A DNA stretch of 64,000 nt from an uncultured cyanobacterium (lineage in GTDB: Bacteria; Cyanobacteriota; Cyanobacteriia; Pseudanabaenales; Pseudanabaenaceae). Position 1 is the stretch's first letter. Every line of letters begins with the position of its first letter. Below are positions 9,464 to 19,078 of this stretch, piece by piece. The position numbers and the translations under genes are program-made. The notes beneath the pieces are model-generated. The model was not told the DNA's origin. It ran no database searches and saw only the letters and a program-made list of their open reading frames with translations. Location of the stretch: contig OY969811.1 in the NCBI GenBank assembly GCA_963703315.1, positions 192,001 through 256,000 on the forward strand. Reading direction: 5' to 3'.

Positions 9464-11368
9464 TTGAAGGAGAAAATCTTGAAGATTTTATTAGTTGAAG
9501 ATGATGTATATTCTGCGGAAATACTGTTGCAACTACTCGCAGAATCTAACTACACCATTGATGCTGTGGCTGATGCGAAAACTGCTTGGAAATATGTGCA
9601 AACCTATGATTATGACTTGATCATTCTCGATGTGATGTTGCCTGACAGTGATGGGTTGGGGCTATGTACCAAGCTGCGTAATTCGGGCTATACCACTCCT
9701 GTGTTATTACTGACGGCGAAGGATAGTACGAGCGATCGCGTGATGGGTTTGGAAGCAGGAGCTGATGACTATGTGGTTAAGCCCTATAACTTTCAGGAAT
9801 TAGTGGCAAGGATTCGGGCGCTATTACGTCGCTATCATGAGAGTGATATTCTCATTCAAGAATTGATTTGGGAGGACTTGCGGCTCGATCTAAGAATGAA
9901 TACTGTGACTTATAAGCAGCAACCTTTACACTTAACGCAAAAGGAATATGGATTATTAGAAATATTTCTCAGGCATCCACAACAGACATTTAGTCGTAGT
10001 GCTTTGATTGATCATGTTTGGTCGGCGGGAGAGTTTCCCAGTGATGAGGCGGTGACTACGCATATTAAGGGATTGCGTCAGAAGTTGAAGGCAGCAGGGT
10101 TACAAACAGATCCCATTGAGACTTTATACGGATTGGGTTATCGGCTCAAACCTGTACCTGTGCAAGCAACCGATGAGCCTATGGCGATAAGTCTTTTGCC
10201 TAAAGAAACTATAGACGACAACCTATCACCGTTAGACAAGGCGCAAGTAAGGGAAGTAATTGCGATTATGTCTAAGAAATTAATCGCGAGTTTGCCAGAA
10301 ATAATTGCCATGTTCCGACAGGTAGCGATCGCTTTGGAGCAGCATAAATTGGATGCAGATCTGCGTTATGAAGGATATATGCAAGTGCATCGGCTGATTG
10401 GCTCCTTGGGGTCTTTAGGATTTCCTGAAGGATCGGCGATCGCCCGTCAGCTTGAAGAGATGTTACATATTGATTTTCCTTTGGTTGCTGTTGATGCGGA
10501 CTTATTGCGAGAATTAATTAGCAAGCTCGAACAGAATACTCTCAATCCATTACCAACAGTCCCTACTGAGCCGACATTACTCCCATCTCATCATTCGTCA
10601 TTACCTCTATTATTAATTGTCGATGATGATGTTCTGTTAACAGAGGAAATTCTATTAGAGGCAGAAACTTGGGGAATGCGGGTACAAACGGCGAACGATC
10701 TGACAGAGGCTAGGTCAAAAATTGCGAAGGAAGCGCCTGATGTGATGTTGCTAGATATCATCTTTCCTGATTTGACTGAAAACGGACTGACTTTGTTAGA
10801 TGAACTGGCGCAGAGGGAGACGAAAATCCCGACGGTGATGATAACGGCGGCGAGTGGGTTGAGCGATCGCGTGATGGCGGCGCGTAAGGGTGGTTGTGCA
10901 TTTATCGAGAAGACTGCCTCTACGGAAGAAATTTTGAATACGGTGTCGCAGGTTTTGTATCAACACTGTAGCGATCGCTCGAAGGTGATGATTGTCGATG
11001 ATGATCCGAATATGCTCAAAATTTTGCAGCAATTACTAAACCGTTATGATATTGAGGCTACGACTTTGCAAGATCCCATGCAGTTTTGGCAGGTTTTGGA
11101 ATCAACTTCTCCCGATCTGTTAATTTTGGATTTGCTGATGCCTTGCTACAGTGGGCTTGATTTATGTCAAGCGGTGCGAACGTCTTCGCTTTGGCATGAT
11201 TTACCAATCGTGTTTTTATCGGCTCAGACCGATCGCGAAACAATTCGGCAATTATTTGTCGCGGGTGCTGATGATTATCTGAGTAAACCCGTTGCGGAGA
11301 GTGATTTGTATACCCGTATTCTCAGTCGTTTAGATCGCAGTCGCCTATCGAGAAAAAATTATTCGTGA
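9464..11368 (+). CDS. RcaC/RfpB-like multidomain response regulator (REC-wHTH-HPt-REC-REC)
   Basis: OmpR-type N-terminus (ETLYGLGYRL); HPt motif VHRLIGSLGSLGF; two further REC domains. Confidence 0.85.
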   Translation: MKEKILKILLVEDDVYSAEILLQLLAESNYTIDAVADAKTAWKYVQTYDYDLIILDVMLPDSDGLGLCTKLRNSGYTTPVLLLTAKDSTSDRVMGLEAGADDYVVKPYNFQELVARIRALLRRYHESDILIQELIWEDLRLDLRMNTVTYKQQPLHLTQKEYGLLEIFLRHPQQTFSRSALIDHVWSAGEFPSDEAVTTHIKGLRQKLKAAGLQTDPIETLYGLGYRLKPVPVQATDEPMAISLLPKETIDDNLSPLDKAQVREVIAIMSKKLIASLPEIIAMFRQVAIALEQHKLDADLRYEGYMQVHRLIGSLGSLGFPEGSAIARQLEEMLHIDFPLVAVDADLLRELISKLEQNTLNPLPTVPTEPTLLPSHHSSLPLLLIVDDDVLLTEEILLEAETWGMRVQTANDLTEARSKIAKEAPDVMLLDIIFPDLTENGLTLLDELAQRETKIPTVMITAASGLSDRVMAARKGGCAFIEKTASTEEILNTVSQVLYQHCSDRSKVMIVDDDPNMLKILQQLLNRYDIEATTLQDPMQFWQVLESTSPDLLILDLLMPCYSGLDLCQAVRTSSLWHDLPIVFLSAQTDRETIRQLFVAGADDYLSKPVAESDLYTRILSRLDRSRLSRKNYS

Positions 11369-11528
11369 ATATTTTGTGAATGCTTTTAGTGCGGGTGTGG
11401 TGGAATATCCCCATGACGGTATAACCCTAGAGGTTTTGTATCGCAATATGGATGCAGCATTGTATCAGGCAAAGGCATCAGGTAGAAATCAGATTGTCGT
11501 GGCAAGTAATTGTCTGGGATCGGCTTGA
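11364..11528 (+). pseudogene. Out-of-frame C-terminal remnant of a GGDEF domain
   Basis: Reads FSAGVVEYPHDGITLEVLYRNMDAALYQAKASGRNQIV. Confidence 0.85.
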
Positions 11529-11530
11529 TC

Positions 11531-11564
11531 TCCTCAGATTGTCCTCATTTTTGATTGTTATTTT
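11531..11564 (+). promoter_or_regulatory. Cluster promoter motif, copy 2
   Basis: TCCTCA-N5-TCCTCA-N11-TATTTT. Confidence 0.65.
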
Positions 11565-11598
11565 TAGAAGTAATTGGGACTGGTTAAAAACTCTAAGA

Positions 11599-11668
11599 GA
11601 TCCCCCTCAATCCCCCTTATAAAGGGGGAAGAAGAGAAGAGCATTCTCCCCCCTTATAAAGGGGGGAG
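11599..11668. repeat. CCCCCTTATAAAGGGGG double-hairpin dispersed repeat
   Basis: Two CCCCCTTATAAAGGGGG palindromes. Confidence 0.75.
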
Positions 11669-11730
11669 CAAGACAATGTTTTTAAATGAGCTTCTTATTT
11701 TGCTAACCGTTCTTTAGGCAATTTGTAAAT

Positions 11731-12159
11731 ATGAAAGTATTCGAGCAGTTTTATGAATGTCCTGTTACTGGTCATGAGTCAGCGATTTGGCAGCTAAAAT
11801 GTCATTTACGGATTATCCATCACCAATTTGGACAACAGATCGCGATTGTCTCTGTACAGAACTGCGAGATTGGCTGGTTTATTCCTTCCCAGCTTGAACA
11901 ACTTGCCACGCACATAGTTCGGACATTTCAACTTGATCCCGATCGCCTAATTTGGATCGAACGTGACCCCCATTACGCCAGCCGCCCAATTAACACGGAA
12001 TATACCGAAGTTTCCTTTGATTGGCATCAAGGGGTTGCCACTAATCCTAAATGGAAGGCGATCGCTAATGAATCAGTCGAATTTCTCAGCATCAAAGCAC
12101 TTACTTGCAATCACAATAGTTTTAATTCTGCTCTCACTCCTTTTCTGGCAAGTGCTTAA
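11731..12159 (+). CDS. Hypothetical protein
   Basis: 142-aa ORF with typical composition (FQLDPDRLIWIE, F.W..G.A.NP.W). Confidence 0.75.
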   Translation: MKVFEQFYECPVTGHESAIWQLKCHLRIIHHQFGQQIAIVSVQNCEIGWFIPSQLEQLATHIVRTFQLDPDRLIWIERDPHYASRPINTEYTEVSFDWHQGVATNPKWKAIANESVEFLSIKALTCNHNSFNSALTPFLASA

Positions 12160-12162
12160 TTT

Positions 12163-12480
12163 ATGCCTAAAACCTTTGTTAAATTAACCTTGATGATTGC
12201 TGTTGAGGAAATTGATAATTTTCTTAGCGATTATCCCAATTGCTTGCAACCAGAATATTCGGCGATTCCCGAATTGCAGACTAAAATTTCTGATACTGAA
12301 CTACGGCGGCGATCGCTAGAGCATATTACCCGCTATATTCCCCATCGTTACGAAGTAATCGACTGTGCAAGGGAAAGTCCTGAAAAGCCGAAGATGCCCT
12401 ACCGCAATCTAGATCAAGGACTAGAGATTAAAGCTCTAGTGCAAGATATCATTTTTCAAATCCTGCCAGAACAGACGTAA
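12163..12480 (+). CDS. Hypothetical protein, possibly ComFB-like
   Basis: 105 aa; V.EEID..L and I.RYIP.RY pattern. Confidence 0.6.
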   Translation: MPKTFVKLTLMIAVEEIDNFLSDYPNCLQPEYSAIPELQTKISDTELRRRSLEHITRYIPHRYEVIDCARESPEKPKMPYRNLDQGLEIKALVQDIIFQILPEQT

Positions 12481-12494
12481 TAATTGATCTTGCT

Positions 12495-12528
12495 CTTACA
12501 TCTTTTCCTCATGTTTGTGTTTTATGAT
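12495..12528 (+). promoter_or_regulatory. Cluster promoter motif, copy 3
   Basis: CTTACA-N5-TCCTCA-N11-TATGAT. Confidence 0.6.
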
Positions 12529-12726
12529 TAACTAGATATAGCCGAGATTGATTTATAATTCGCCCGAAGTAGGGGAACTCGCGCTTATTCCTAGCATCGC
12601 TCAAGTAGCCTGTACTAATGTCCTTAGCCATCAAAGCTTTGTAGAGTTTGGGTGCAAAGGTGTAATTAGTAAACTTTTCGAGTCAATCACCCTTGTTTCA
12701 CAAATTTCTTACATACTAGGCTGGGA

Positions 12727-15045
12727 ATGAATACTTTTTTGCGGCAGATCGATCATGATTATTACGAGTTTGAAGCGGTTAATTTGACTAACTGCGATCG
12801 CGAACCGATTCATATTCCTAGTTTGATTCAGCCTCATGGACTACTTTTGATCCTGACTGAGCCAGATTTATGTATTGCTCAAGTGAGCGCTAATTCCCTT
12901 GAAATTTTAGGGATTGCTCCCGATGATCTCCTCGATCGCCCCCTAGTTGAATTTACGGGTGAAGAACTGATTACATCGATTCAGTCTTGCCTTGAGCGTG
13001 ATTTTGATTTTCTAAATCCTCTGCGTGTTGATTTTTGTGGGATAGGCGATCGCTTGCCTCTGTCGTTTAATGGTATTGTGCATCGCGCTCCCACGGGGGA
13101 AATCGTCCTAGAACTGGAAGCTTGGGAAACATCGGCGGGAAGTGATTTTGTTCGGTTTTATCATCAAATCAAACAAAATCTTGCCAAAATCCAAATAGCA
13201 AAAGACTTAGCGGGATTATGTGACTTAATAGTTCAAGAAGTGCAAGCATTGACGGGATTTGATCGGGTGATGATTTATCGCTTCGGTGAGCAGGGAGATG
13301 GAACTGTAATTGCGGAGACCAAACAGCCTAACCTAGAGACATTTTTGGGACTTCGCTATCCAGACTCAGACATTCCAAAACAGGCAAAACATCTCTATAC
13401 TCTCAATCGGTTACGCTTAATTCCAGAAGTGAGTTATCAACCCGTGGGGTTAGTCAGTTATGGGCAACCGATAGAAGAGAAAGCACTTCTCGATATGAGT
13501 TATTGTACTTTGCGATCGGTTTCACCGATCCACATTGAGTATCTGCAAAATATGGGCGTAGCTGCCTCAATGTCTGTTTCTTTAATTCAAAATCAACGGT
13601 TATGGGGATTGATCGCCTGTCATCATTACGCACCAAAATTCGTTCCCTACGATACTCGTGTAATTTGCGAATTTTTGGGACAGTTGATGTCTACGGAGTT
13701 AGGTAATAAAGAAGCCAACCAACATCTAGATTACAAACTCCATCTCAAAATGCTTCAAGGTCAATTTGTGGAACGTTTGACCAAAGCGACAGAATTTATG
13801 GAAGAACTCAACCATGATCACGCTGCTTTGCTAGAGCTTACGGGTGCTCAGGGGGCGGTGCTTTGTGATGGCGATCGCCTGATTTTGATTGGCAAAACTC
13901 CTGATGAGCCAGCCGTAAGAGCTTTGCTAACTTGGCTACAGGATCGCTTTGAGCAGGGAAACTTTGAGCGCGATCTGTTGGTCACCGACGCTTTATCTAG
14001 TATCTACGCCGATGGCTTGGCTGATCAGGCGATCGCCAGTGGCTTGATCGCAATCGCAATTTCTAAAATTCAACACCGCTATGTAATCTGGTTCCGACCT
14101 GAGCAAGAGCAAACGGTGACTTGGGCAGGCGATCGCGATAAAGCAAGACAGGTTGCCGAAGACGGCAGTATTCGGCTGCTTCCCCGCCAGTCCTTTGCGG
14201 CTTGGAAAGAAATCGTGCTCGGCAAGTCTAGCCCTTGGTTGCCCTGCGAAGTGGAAAGCGCGATCGAATTACGACAGGCGATCGTCGATATTGTCCTGCG
14301 TCAAGCCCATGAACTGGCGATGATCAACTTAGATCTAGAGCGTAGTAACAGCGAACTTGACTCCTTTGCCTACATTGCTTCCCATGATCTTAAAGAACCT
14401 TTGCGCGGTATTCATAACTATGCCACTTTTTTATTGGAAGACTATGGCGAAATCCTGAAGGGAGATGGTACGGACAAACTCCATACATTAGTCAAACTGA
14501 CTAAGCGCATGGAAGCACTGATCGAAGCTTTGCTAAAATTCTCGCGCTTAGGTCGTCAAGAGTTGCAAATGGAACCCCTTGATCTTAATCAGGTGTTGCA
14601 AAATGTAAGGGAATTATTTGCGATGAATCCGCAATGGCAAAACTGCAAGATTGAAATTCCCCGATCGCTACCGATAGTGTGGGGCGATCGCCTGTTGATT
14701 GAGGAGGTTTTCATTAATTTAATAGCCAATGCTTTTAAATATAATGAAAGCTCTGAAAAAATCGCTGAAATCGGCTGGCTCGCAGATCAGTCCTCAGAAC
14801 CTTTGGTAACGCTCTATGTGCGGGATAATGGCATTGGCATTCGCGAGAAGCATTTGCAGTCGGTATTTCAGATTTTTAAACGTCTGAATGCACCGAGTAA
14901 GTATGGTGGCGGTACGGGGGCGGGGCTGACGATTGTCCGCAAGATTGTTGAACGGCACAAAGGTAGTATTCAATTACAATCTATCTATGGGGAAGAAACT
15001 ACGATTTTGTTTGCTTTACCTGCGAGTGATCCTAATCTGCTATGA
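12727..15045 (+). CDS. cphB: Bacteriophytochrome-type histidine kinase (PAS-GAF-PHY-HK), CphB/AphB-like
   Basis: N-terminal Cys in NCDREPIH; DIP motif; SVSPIH lacks the Cph1 GAF Cys; PRQSF; SHDLKEPLR. Confidence 0.85.
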   Translation: MNTFLRQIDHDYYEFEAVNLTNCDREPIHIPSLIQPHGLLLILTEPDLCIAQVSANSLEILGIAPDDLLDRPLVEFTGEELITSIQSCLERDFDFLNPLRVDFCGIGDRLPLSFNGIVHRAPTGEIVLELEAWETSAGSDFVRFYHQIKQNLAKIQIAKDLAGLCDLIVQEVQALTGFDRVMIYRFGEQGDGTVIAETKQPNLETFLGLRYPDSDIPKQAKHLYTLNRLRLIPEVSYQPVGLVSYGQPIEEKALLDMSYCTLRSVSPIHIEYLQNMGVAASMSVSLIQNQRLWGLIACHHYAPKFVPYDTRVICEFLGQLMSTELGNKEANQHLDYKLHLKMLQGQFVERLTKATEFMEELNHDHAALLELTGAQGAVLCDGDRLILIGKTPDEPAVRALLTWLQDRFEQGNFERDLLVTDALSSIYADGLADQAIASGLIAIAISKIQHRYVIWFRPEQEQTVTWAGDRDKARQVAEDGSIRLLPRQSFAAWKEIVLGKSSPWLPCEVESAIELRQAIVDIVLRQAHELAMINLDLERSNSELDSFAYIASHDLKEPLRGIHNYATFLLEDYGEILKGDGTDKLHTLVKLTKRMEALIEALLKFSRLGRQELQMEPLDLNQVLQNVRELFAMNPQWQNCKIEIPRSLPIVWGDRLLIEEVFINLIANAFKYNESSEKIAEIGWLADQSSEPLVTLYVRDNGIGIREKHLQSVFQIFKRLNAPSKYGGGTGAGLTIVRKIVERHKGSIQLQSIYGEETTILFALPASDPNLL

Positions 15046-15536
15046 ATAATCTCTTAACTTCCCCTTGGGCTGACATCACTCATCCCATCATTCTGATCGT
15101 GGAAGATAGCGACGAGGACTTTTATATGTTTATGAGAGCTATGCAGAATCTTGATGTATTGAAGCGATCGCTTTATCGGTTTTTACGATTTGACAATGGT
15201 GATGAGGTGCTTGATTACCTATTTCGGCGCGGCGAATATCAAAATCTGAATGCACCTTTACCCGTTGCCATGCTGCTAGATCTCAACTTACCAGGAACCG
15301 ATGGCAGGGATATCATTCAGCAAGTAAAACAAACTCCACACTTGCAAACCTTGCCAATTATCGTCTTGACCACATCAAACAGTCAGCGCGATATTCAAAC
15401 CTGTTACGAGAATGGAACAAATTGCTATACTCTTAAACCAATGGGTGTTACTGCTATGCAAGAAACAATTCAAACCCTTTTTCAACACTGGTTTCAAATT
15501 GCAGTGCTACCTACCTACGGACAATTTACCTCCTAA
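15042..15536 (+). CDS. rcpB: Rcp-type response regulator cognate to the phytochrome
   Basis: LLDLNLPGTDG, IIVLTTS; C-terminal W.....LP; ATGA overlap with the phytochrome gene. Confidence 0.8.
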   Translation: MNNLLTSPWADITHPIILIVEDSDEDFYMFMRAMQNLDVLKRSLYRFLRFDNGDEVLDYLFRRGEYQNLNAPLPVAMLLDLNLPGTDGRDIIQQVKQTPHLQTLPIIVLTTSNSQRDIQTCYENGTNCYTLKPMGVTAMQETIQTLFQHWFQIAVLPTYGQFTS

Positions 15537-15577
15537 AGTGTCTCCAGAGATCACGCCTGAAGCTTTGCTGACAATTC

Positions 15578-17668
15578 ATGACCTCGACATCACTCTCAGA
15601 AACTAATATCACTGTTTTGATTGTCGATGATTCGATAGAAGATCGTGCTACTTACATTCGCTATCTGCGCTCGGATATATCGCGTTGCTATAGTTTGCTG
15701 GAAGCCGAAACCCTATCGGAAGGCATAGATCTATGGCGATCGCAACACCCTGATATTGTGTTGATTGATTATTTTCTGCCCGATGGGGAAGGGTGGGAAT
15801 TATTGACAGTAATGGGAGAAGGTGATCTCATTCCCAAGCTAGATGCGATCGTTTTAACTGGACTTGACAGCAATGAGCAGCCCATCTTACAAACGATGCG
15901 TTTAGGTGCTGCTGACTATCTGATTAAGGGGGAGGTCACATCCATATCCCTCTGTACCCGTGTTGGACAGGTGTGCGATCACATCATGCTTACCCGTCAA
16001 CTAAAGCGATCACAAGAGCAGGAACTTTTAATTGCCAAAATCTCGCTACATATTCGACAATATATTGGTTTAGAAGAAATTCTCAATGCGATCGTGCAGG
16101 AAATCCGCACCTTTTTAAAAGCCGATCGCACTATTATTTACAAGTTCAACCCCGATATGACTGGCGGAGTCACTGCTGAGTCTATCTTGCCACCTTGGGA
16201 AGGCTGTATGCACCGAGAGTTCAGTGATGAAATCTTTCCAGAAAATATGGGGGGAGAGTATCGAAATGGCAGAATTTTTGTCGCTCCTGATGTGCGTAAA
16301 TCAAATCTTAGTGAATGTCATCTGCAAATGCTAGAAAGCTTTCCCGCAAGGGCAAGCCTGATCGTGCCAATCCTGCATCCCAATGACAAAGATAATCCTC
16401 TGTGGGGTTTGCTATGTACCTATCAATGTTTTGAGCCGCGTGTTTGGCAAGACTCAGATATTCGCTTACTTCAACAATTATCCGTACAGCTAGCGATCGC
16501 CCTCCAACAAGCGGAACTTTATCGCGATCTCCAAAAAAGCAATGTTGAATTAGAAAATCGGGTTGCAGAGCGCACTGCCGAACTTTATCAACGGCAAATT
16601 GCTCTCCAAGAATCCAATCGACGTTGGCAATCATTATTAGATAATGTGCGCCTTATCGTCGTCGGTTTAAGCTGTCAAGGACAAGTAGAATATGTCAATC
16701 CCTATTTTCTAGAGGCGACTGGCTACATACTAGAAGAAGTCATAGGCAAAGATTGGCTTCCTTACTTTTTACCTCTCAGTGAACAAGAGGCGGTAAGATT
16801 GGCTTTTGCAGATTCATTCATCAATCCTGATTGCTTTCATAAATATTATCAAAACTCTATTGTCACTAAAACAGGCGAAGAAAGAATAATCGCTTGGAAC
16901 AATACGCTCCTTCGCAATCAAAATGATGAAATTATCGGCTCAATGAGCATCGGTGAAGATATTACTGAAAAGTTAAAGATTGAACGAGTCAAGGATGAAT
17001 TTATTTCCATTGTTAGCCATGAACTCCGCACGCCCCTAGCTTCCATTCGTGGTGCTTTGGGACTGCTTGCCTCTGGTGTATTAGCGGATAAACCTGACGC
17101 TGCTAAGAATATGATTGATATTGCGGCGATCAATATTGAGAGATTGGTGCGTCTAGTCAATGACATCTTGGACTTAGAGCGTTTAGAATCAAACAGTTTT
17201 AACCTCGATCGCCAATGGCACGATACAGCGCAGCTATGCCGCCAAGCCGTAGAAACTATACAAGCACTTGCTTCTGAAAATCAGATTGAAATCTTATCTG
17301 AATATAAATCCTTTCAAATTTTTGCCGATAGCGATCGCATTGTGCAAACCCTAGTCAATTTACTCAGTAATGCGATCAAATTCTCACCACCCCAAAGCCA
17401 AGTTGAGATTAGAGTAAAATCTATCCCCGAGGCGATCGTTTTTCATGTTAGCGATCGTGGGCGGGGTATTCCTGAAACCCACTTAGAAACCATTTTCGGA
17501 CGTTTTAACCAAGTCGATGCTTCTGATTCTCGACAGATGGGAGGTACAGGTTTAGGTTTAGCGATTTCTCAAAGTATTGTGCAGCAGCACGGCGGCAAAA
17601 TCTGGGCAGAAAGTAAATTGTCACAAGGAAGTACCTTTTTCTTCACAATTCCCCACCATAGAAAATAA
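15578..17668 (+). CDS. Hybrid sensor kinase REC-GAF(CBCR-type)-PAS-HisKA-HATPase
   Basis: GAF contains DEIF...ECHLQML...LWGLL; HK contains SHELRTPL and GTGLGL. Confidence 0.9.
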   Translation: MTSTSLSETNITVLIVDDSIEDRATYIRYLRSDISRCYSLLEAETLSEGIDLWRSQHPDIVLIDYFLPDGEGWELLTVMGEGDLIPKLDAIVLTGLDSNEQPILQTMRLGAADYLIKGEVTSISLCTRVGQVCDHIMLTRQLKRSQEQELLIAKISLHIRQYIGLEEILNAIVQEIRTFLKADRTIIYKFNPDMTGGVTAESILPPWEGCMHREFSDEIFPENMGGEYRNGRIFVAPDVRKSNLSECHLQMLESFPARASLIVPILHPNDKDNPLWGLLCTYQCFEPRVWQDSDIRLLQQLSVQLAIALQQAELYRDLQKSNVELENRVAERTAELYQRQIALQESNRRWQSLLDNVRLIVVGLSCQGQVEYVNPYFLEATGYILEEVIGKDWLPYFLPLSEQEAVRLAFADSFINPDCFHKYYQNSIVTKTGEERIIAWNNTLLRNQNDEIIGSMSIGEDITEKLKIERVKDEFISIVSHELRTPLASIRGALGLLASGVLADKPDAAKNMIDIAAINIERLVRLVNDILDLERLESNSFNLDRQWHDTAQLCRQAVETIQALASENQIEILSEYKSFQIFADSDRIVQTLVNLLSNAIKFSPPQSQVEIRVKSIPEAIVFHVSDRGRGIPETHLETIFGRFNQVDASDSRQMGGTGLGLAISQSIVQQHGGKIWAESKLSQGSTFFFTIPHHRK

Positions 17669-17673
17669 GAACT

Positions 17674-18048
17674 ATGACCACTAAATCTATCTTATTAATT
17701 GATGATGAACCAAATCTGGCTGAAGTCATAGCTGTTTGTTTAGAAAGCTTTAAAGACTGGCAAGTGCGTGTAGTCAACTCAGGTAAAGAAGGACTGAAAA
17801 TAGTTGAATCGCTCCAGCCCGATGCGATTCTCCTTGATGTGATGATGCCTGAAATGGATGGTATTACTGTCTTTCAGCATCTCCAACAGAATTCCGCTAC
17901 TCAAAATATTCCTGTAATTCTATTAACTGCTAAAGTCCAATCGAGCGATCGCGCTAGGTTTTCTCAATTAGGTGTAGCAGGCTTAATTGCCAAACCCTTC
18001 GAGCCACTCCAACTCGCCGATGAAATTGCCGATCTTTTACATTGGTAA
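17674..18048 (+). CDS. Single-domain response regulator (RcaF/RfpC-like)
   Basis: LLIDDE, LLDVMMP, IAKPF. Confidence 0.9.
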   Translation: MTTKSILLIDDEPNLAEVIAVCLESFKDWQVRVVNSGKEGLKIVESLQPDAILLDVMMPEMDGITVFQHLQQNSATQNIPVILLTAKVQSSDRARFSQLGVAGLIAKPFEPLQLADEIADLLHW

Positions 18049-18150
18049 GTAGCTCGGCATATTTATAAACCAAACCCAGATTGCCGTGCCGCCCGCGTAG
18101 CGGGCGGCACGGCAATCTGGGCTTTAAGTTTACTTATGCTTGACTACTTA
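18046..18150. repeat. Palindromic element, family D (TAAGTAG...CTACTTA ends)
   Basis: Begins at the TAA stop of the upstream gene; GC-rich central hairpin; relatives at 25998 and 46632. Confidence 0.7.
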
Positions 18151-18186
18151 ACTATAGCAAGAGGATTGACTGACAAAAGTATTAGA

Positions 18187-18301
18187 TATAGCTGTAGTCA
18201 GTTATGTTAGGACAAAACCAAAACCCAAAAGAGAGTTGCGGCGCGAAGCGCCGCAACTCTCTTTTGGGTTTTATGTCTTAACTTGCTTGGCTATGGCTAT
18301 A
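18187..18301. mobile_element. MITE-like family A, copy 2 (115 bp)
   Basis: Near-identical to 9177..9291. Confidence 0.85.
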
Positions 18302-18372
18302 AATACGTCAGATAAGAAGTCTACTCTGTACAGGTGAAATCTTTGTGGTGTAGGTATTTCAACCATTTTATG

Positions 18373-18406
18373 TCATCATACTTTCCTCATGATTATCATT
18401 TACATT
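18373..18406 (+). promoter_or_regulatory. Cluster promoter motif, copy 4
   Basis: TCATCA-N5-TCCTCA-N11-TACATT. Confidence 0.65.
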
Positions 18407-18451
18407 CATTTAACTCAATATTAGAAAGCAACTTGGCTCTAATAAAAATCT

Positions 18452-18835
18452 ATGTCGAACGCACCCAACAAAACAATTTTATTAATAGACGATGAGGAAT
18501 ACATTCGTCTGATTATAGAAGCTTGTTTTGAAAGTTTTAGCAATTGGCATTCTATAAGTGTTCCATCCTGTGAAGAAGGTTTGCTGGCTGTAGCAAACCT
18601 TCGCCCTGACGCAATTCTGCTAGATATGTTGATGCATAATATGGATGGTTTTGATTTTCTCAAAAATTTACGAGCTAACCCTGAGTTTGCAGATACTCCC
18701 GTAGTCTTATTGACTGGTCGAGTTGACCTCATCGAACCTCAAAAAGTTGCTCAGTTAGGAGTCAAAGGCGCGATCGCAAAGCCATTCCATCCCACTCAAA
18801 TTGTTCCTCAAATTGCGCGTATTCTGGGGTGGTAA
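18452..18835 (+). CDS. Second single-domain response regulator
   Basis: LLIDDEE, LLDMLM, IAKPF; paralogous to 17674..18048. Confidence 0.9.
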   Translation: MSNAPNKTILLIDDEEYIRLIIEACFESFSNWHSISVPSCEEGLLAVANLRPDAILLDMLMHNMDGFDFLKNLRANPEFADTPVVLLTGRVDLIEPQKVAQLGVKGAIAKPFHPTQIVPQIARILGW

Positions 18836-18856
18836 TGAGGCGAATCACACTTCAAC

Positions 18857-19074
18857 CCCACATTCCGCTCTTATTTTACTGAAAAAAATATTTAGAAAAC
18901 AAATCCTTATACAGTAAGTATTTTGGGCTTTCGTCAGAAAAATACCACTATCTTAATATTGTCAATAATGACGTACTAATAGGAGTTATTATCATTAATT
19001 TTTCAGAAAATCGCTGAAACCCTCATTGTCTCGTTGTAAATATTTTTAGGCTTCCATTACGAGCGGAATGTGGG
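18857..19074. mobile_element. 218-bp MITE, probably IS1634-derived
   Basis: 14-bp perfect TIR CCCACATTCCGCTC; 6-bp TSD TTCAAC at 18851-18856 and 19075-19080; no ORF. Confidence 0.85.
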
Positions 19075-19078
19075 TTCA

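Noticed and set aside
12548..12730. 60-aa TTG ORF before the phytochrome
   Set aside because: No RBS or motif; more likely the 5'UTR downstream of motif copy 3
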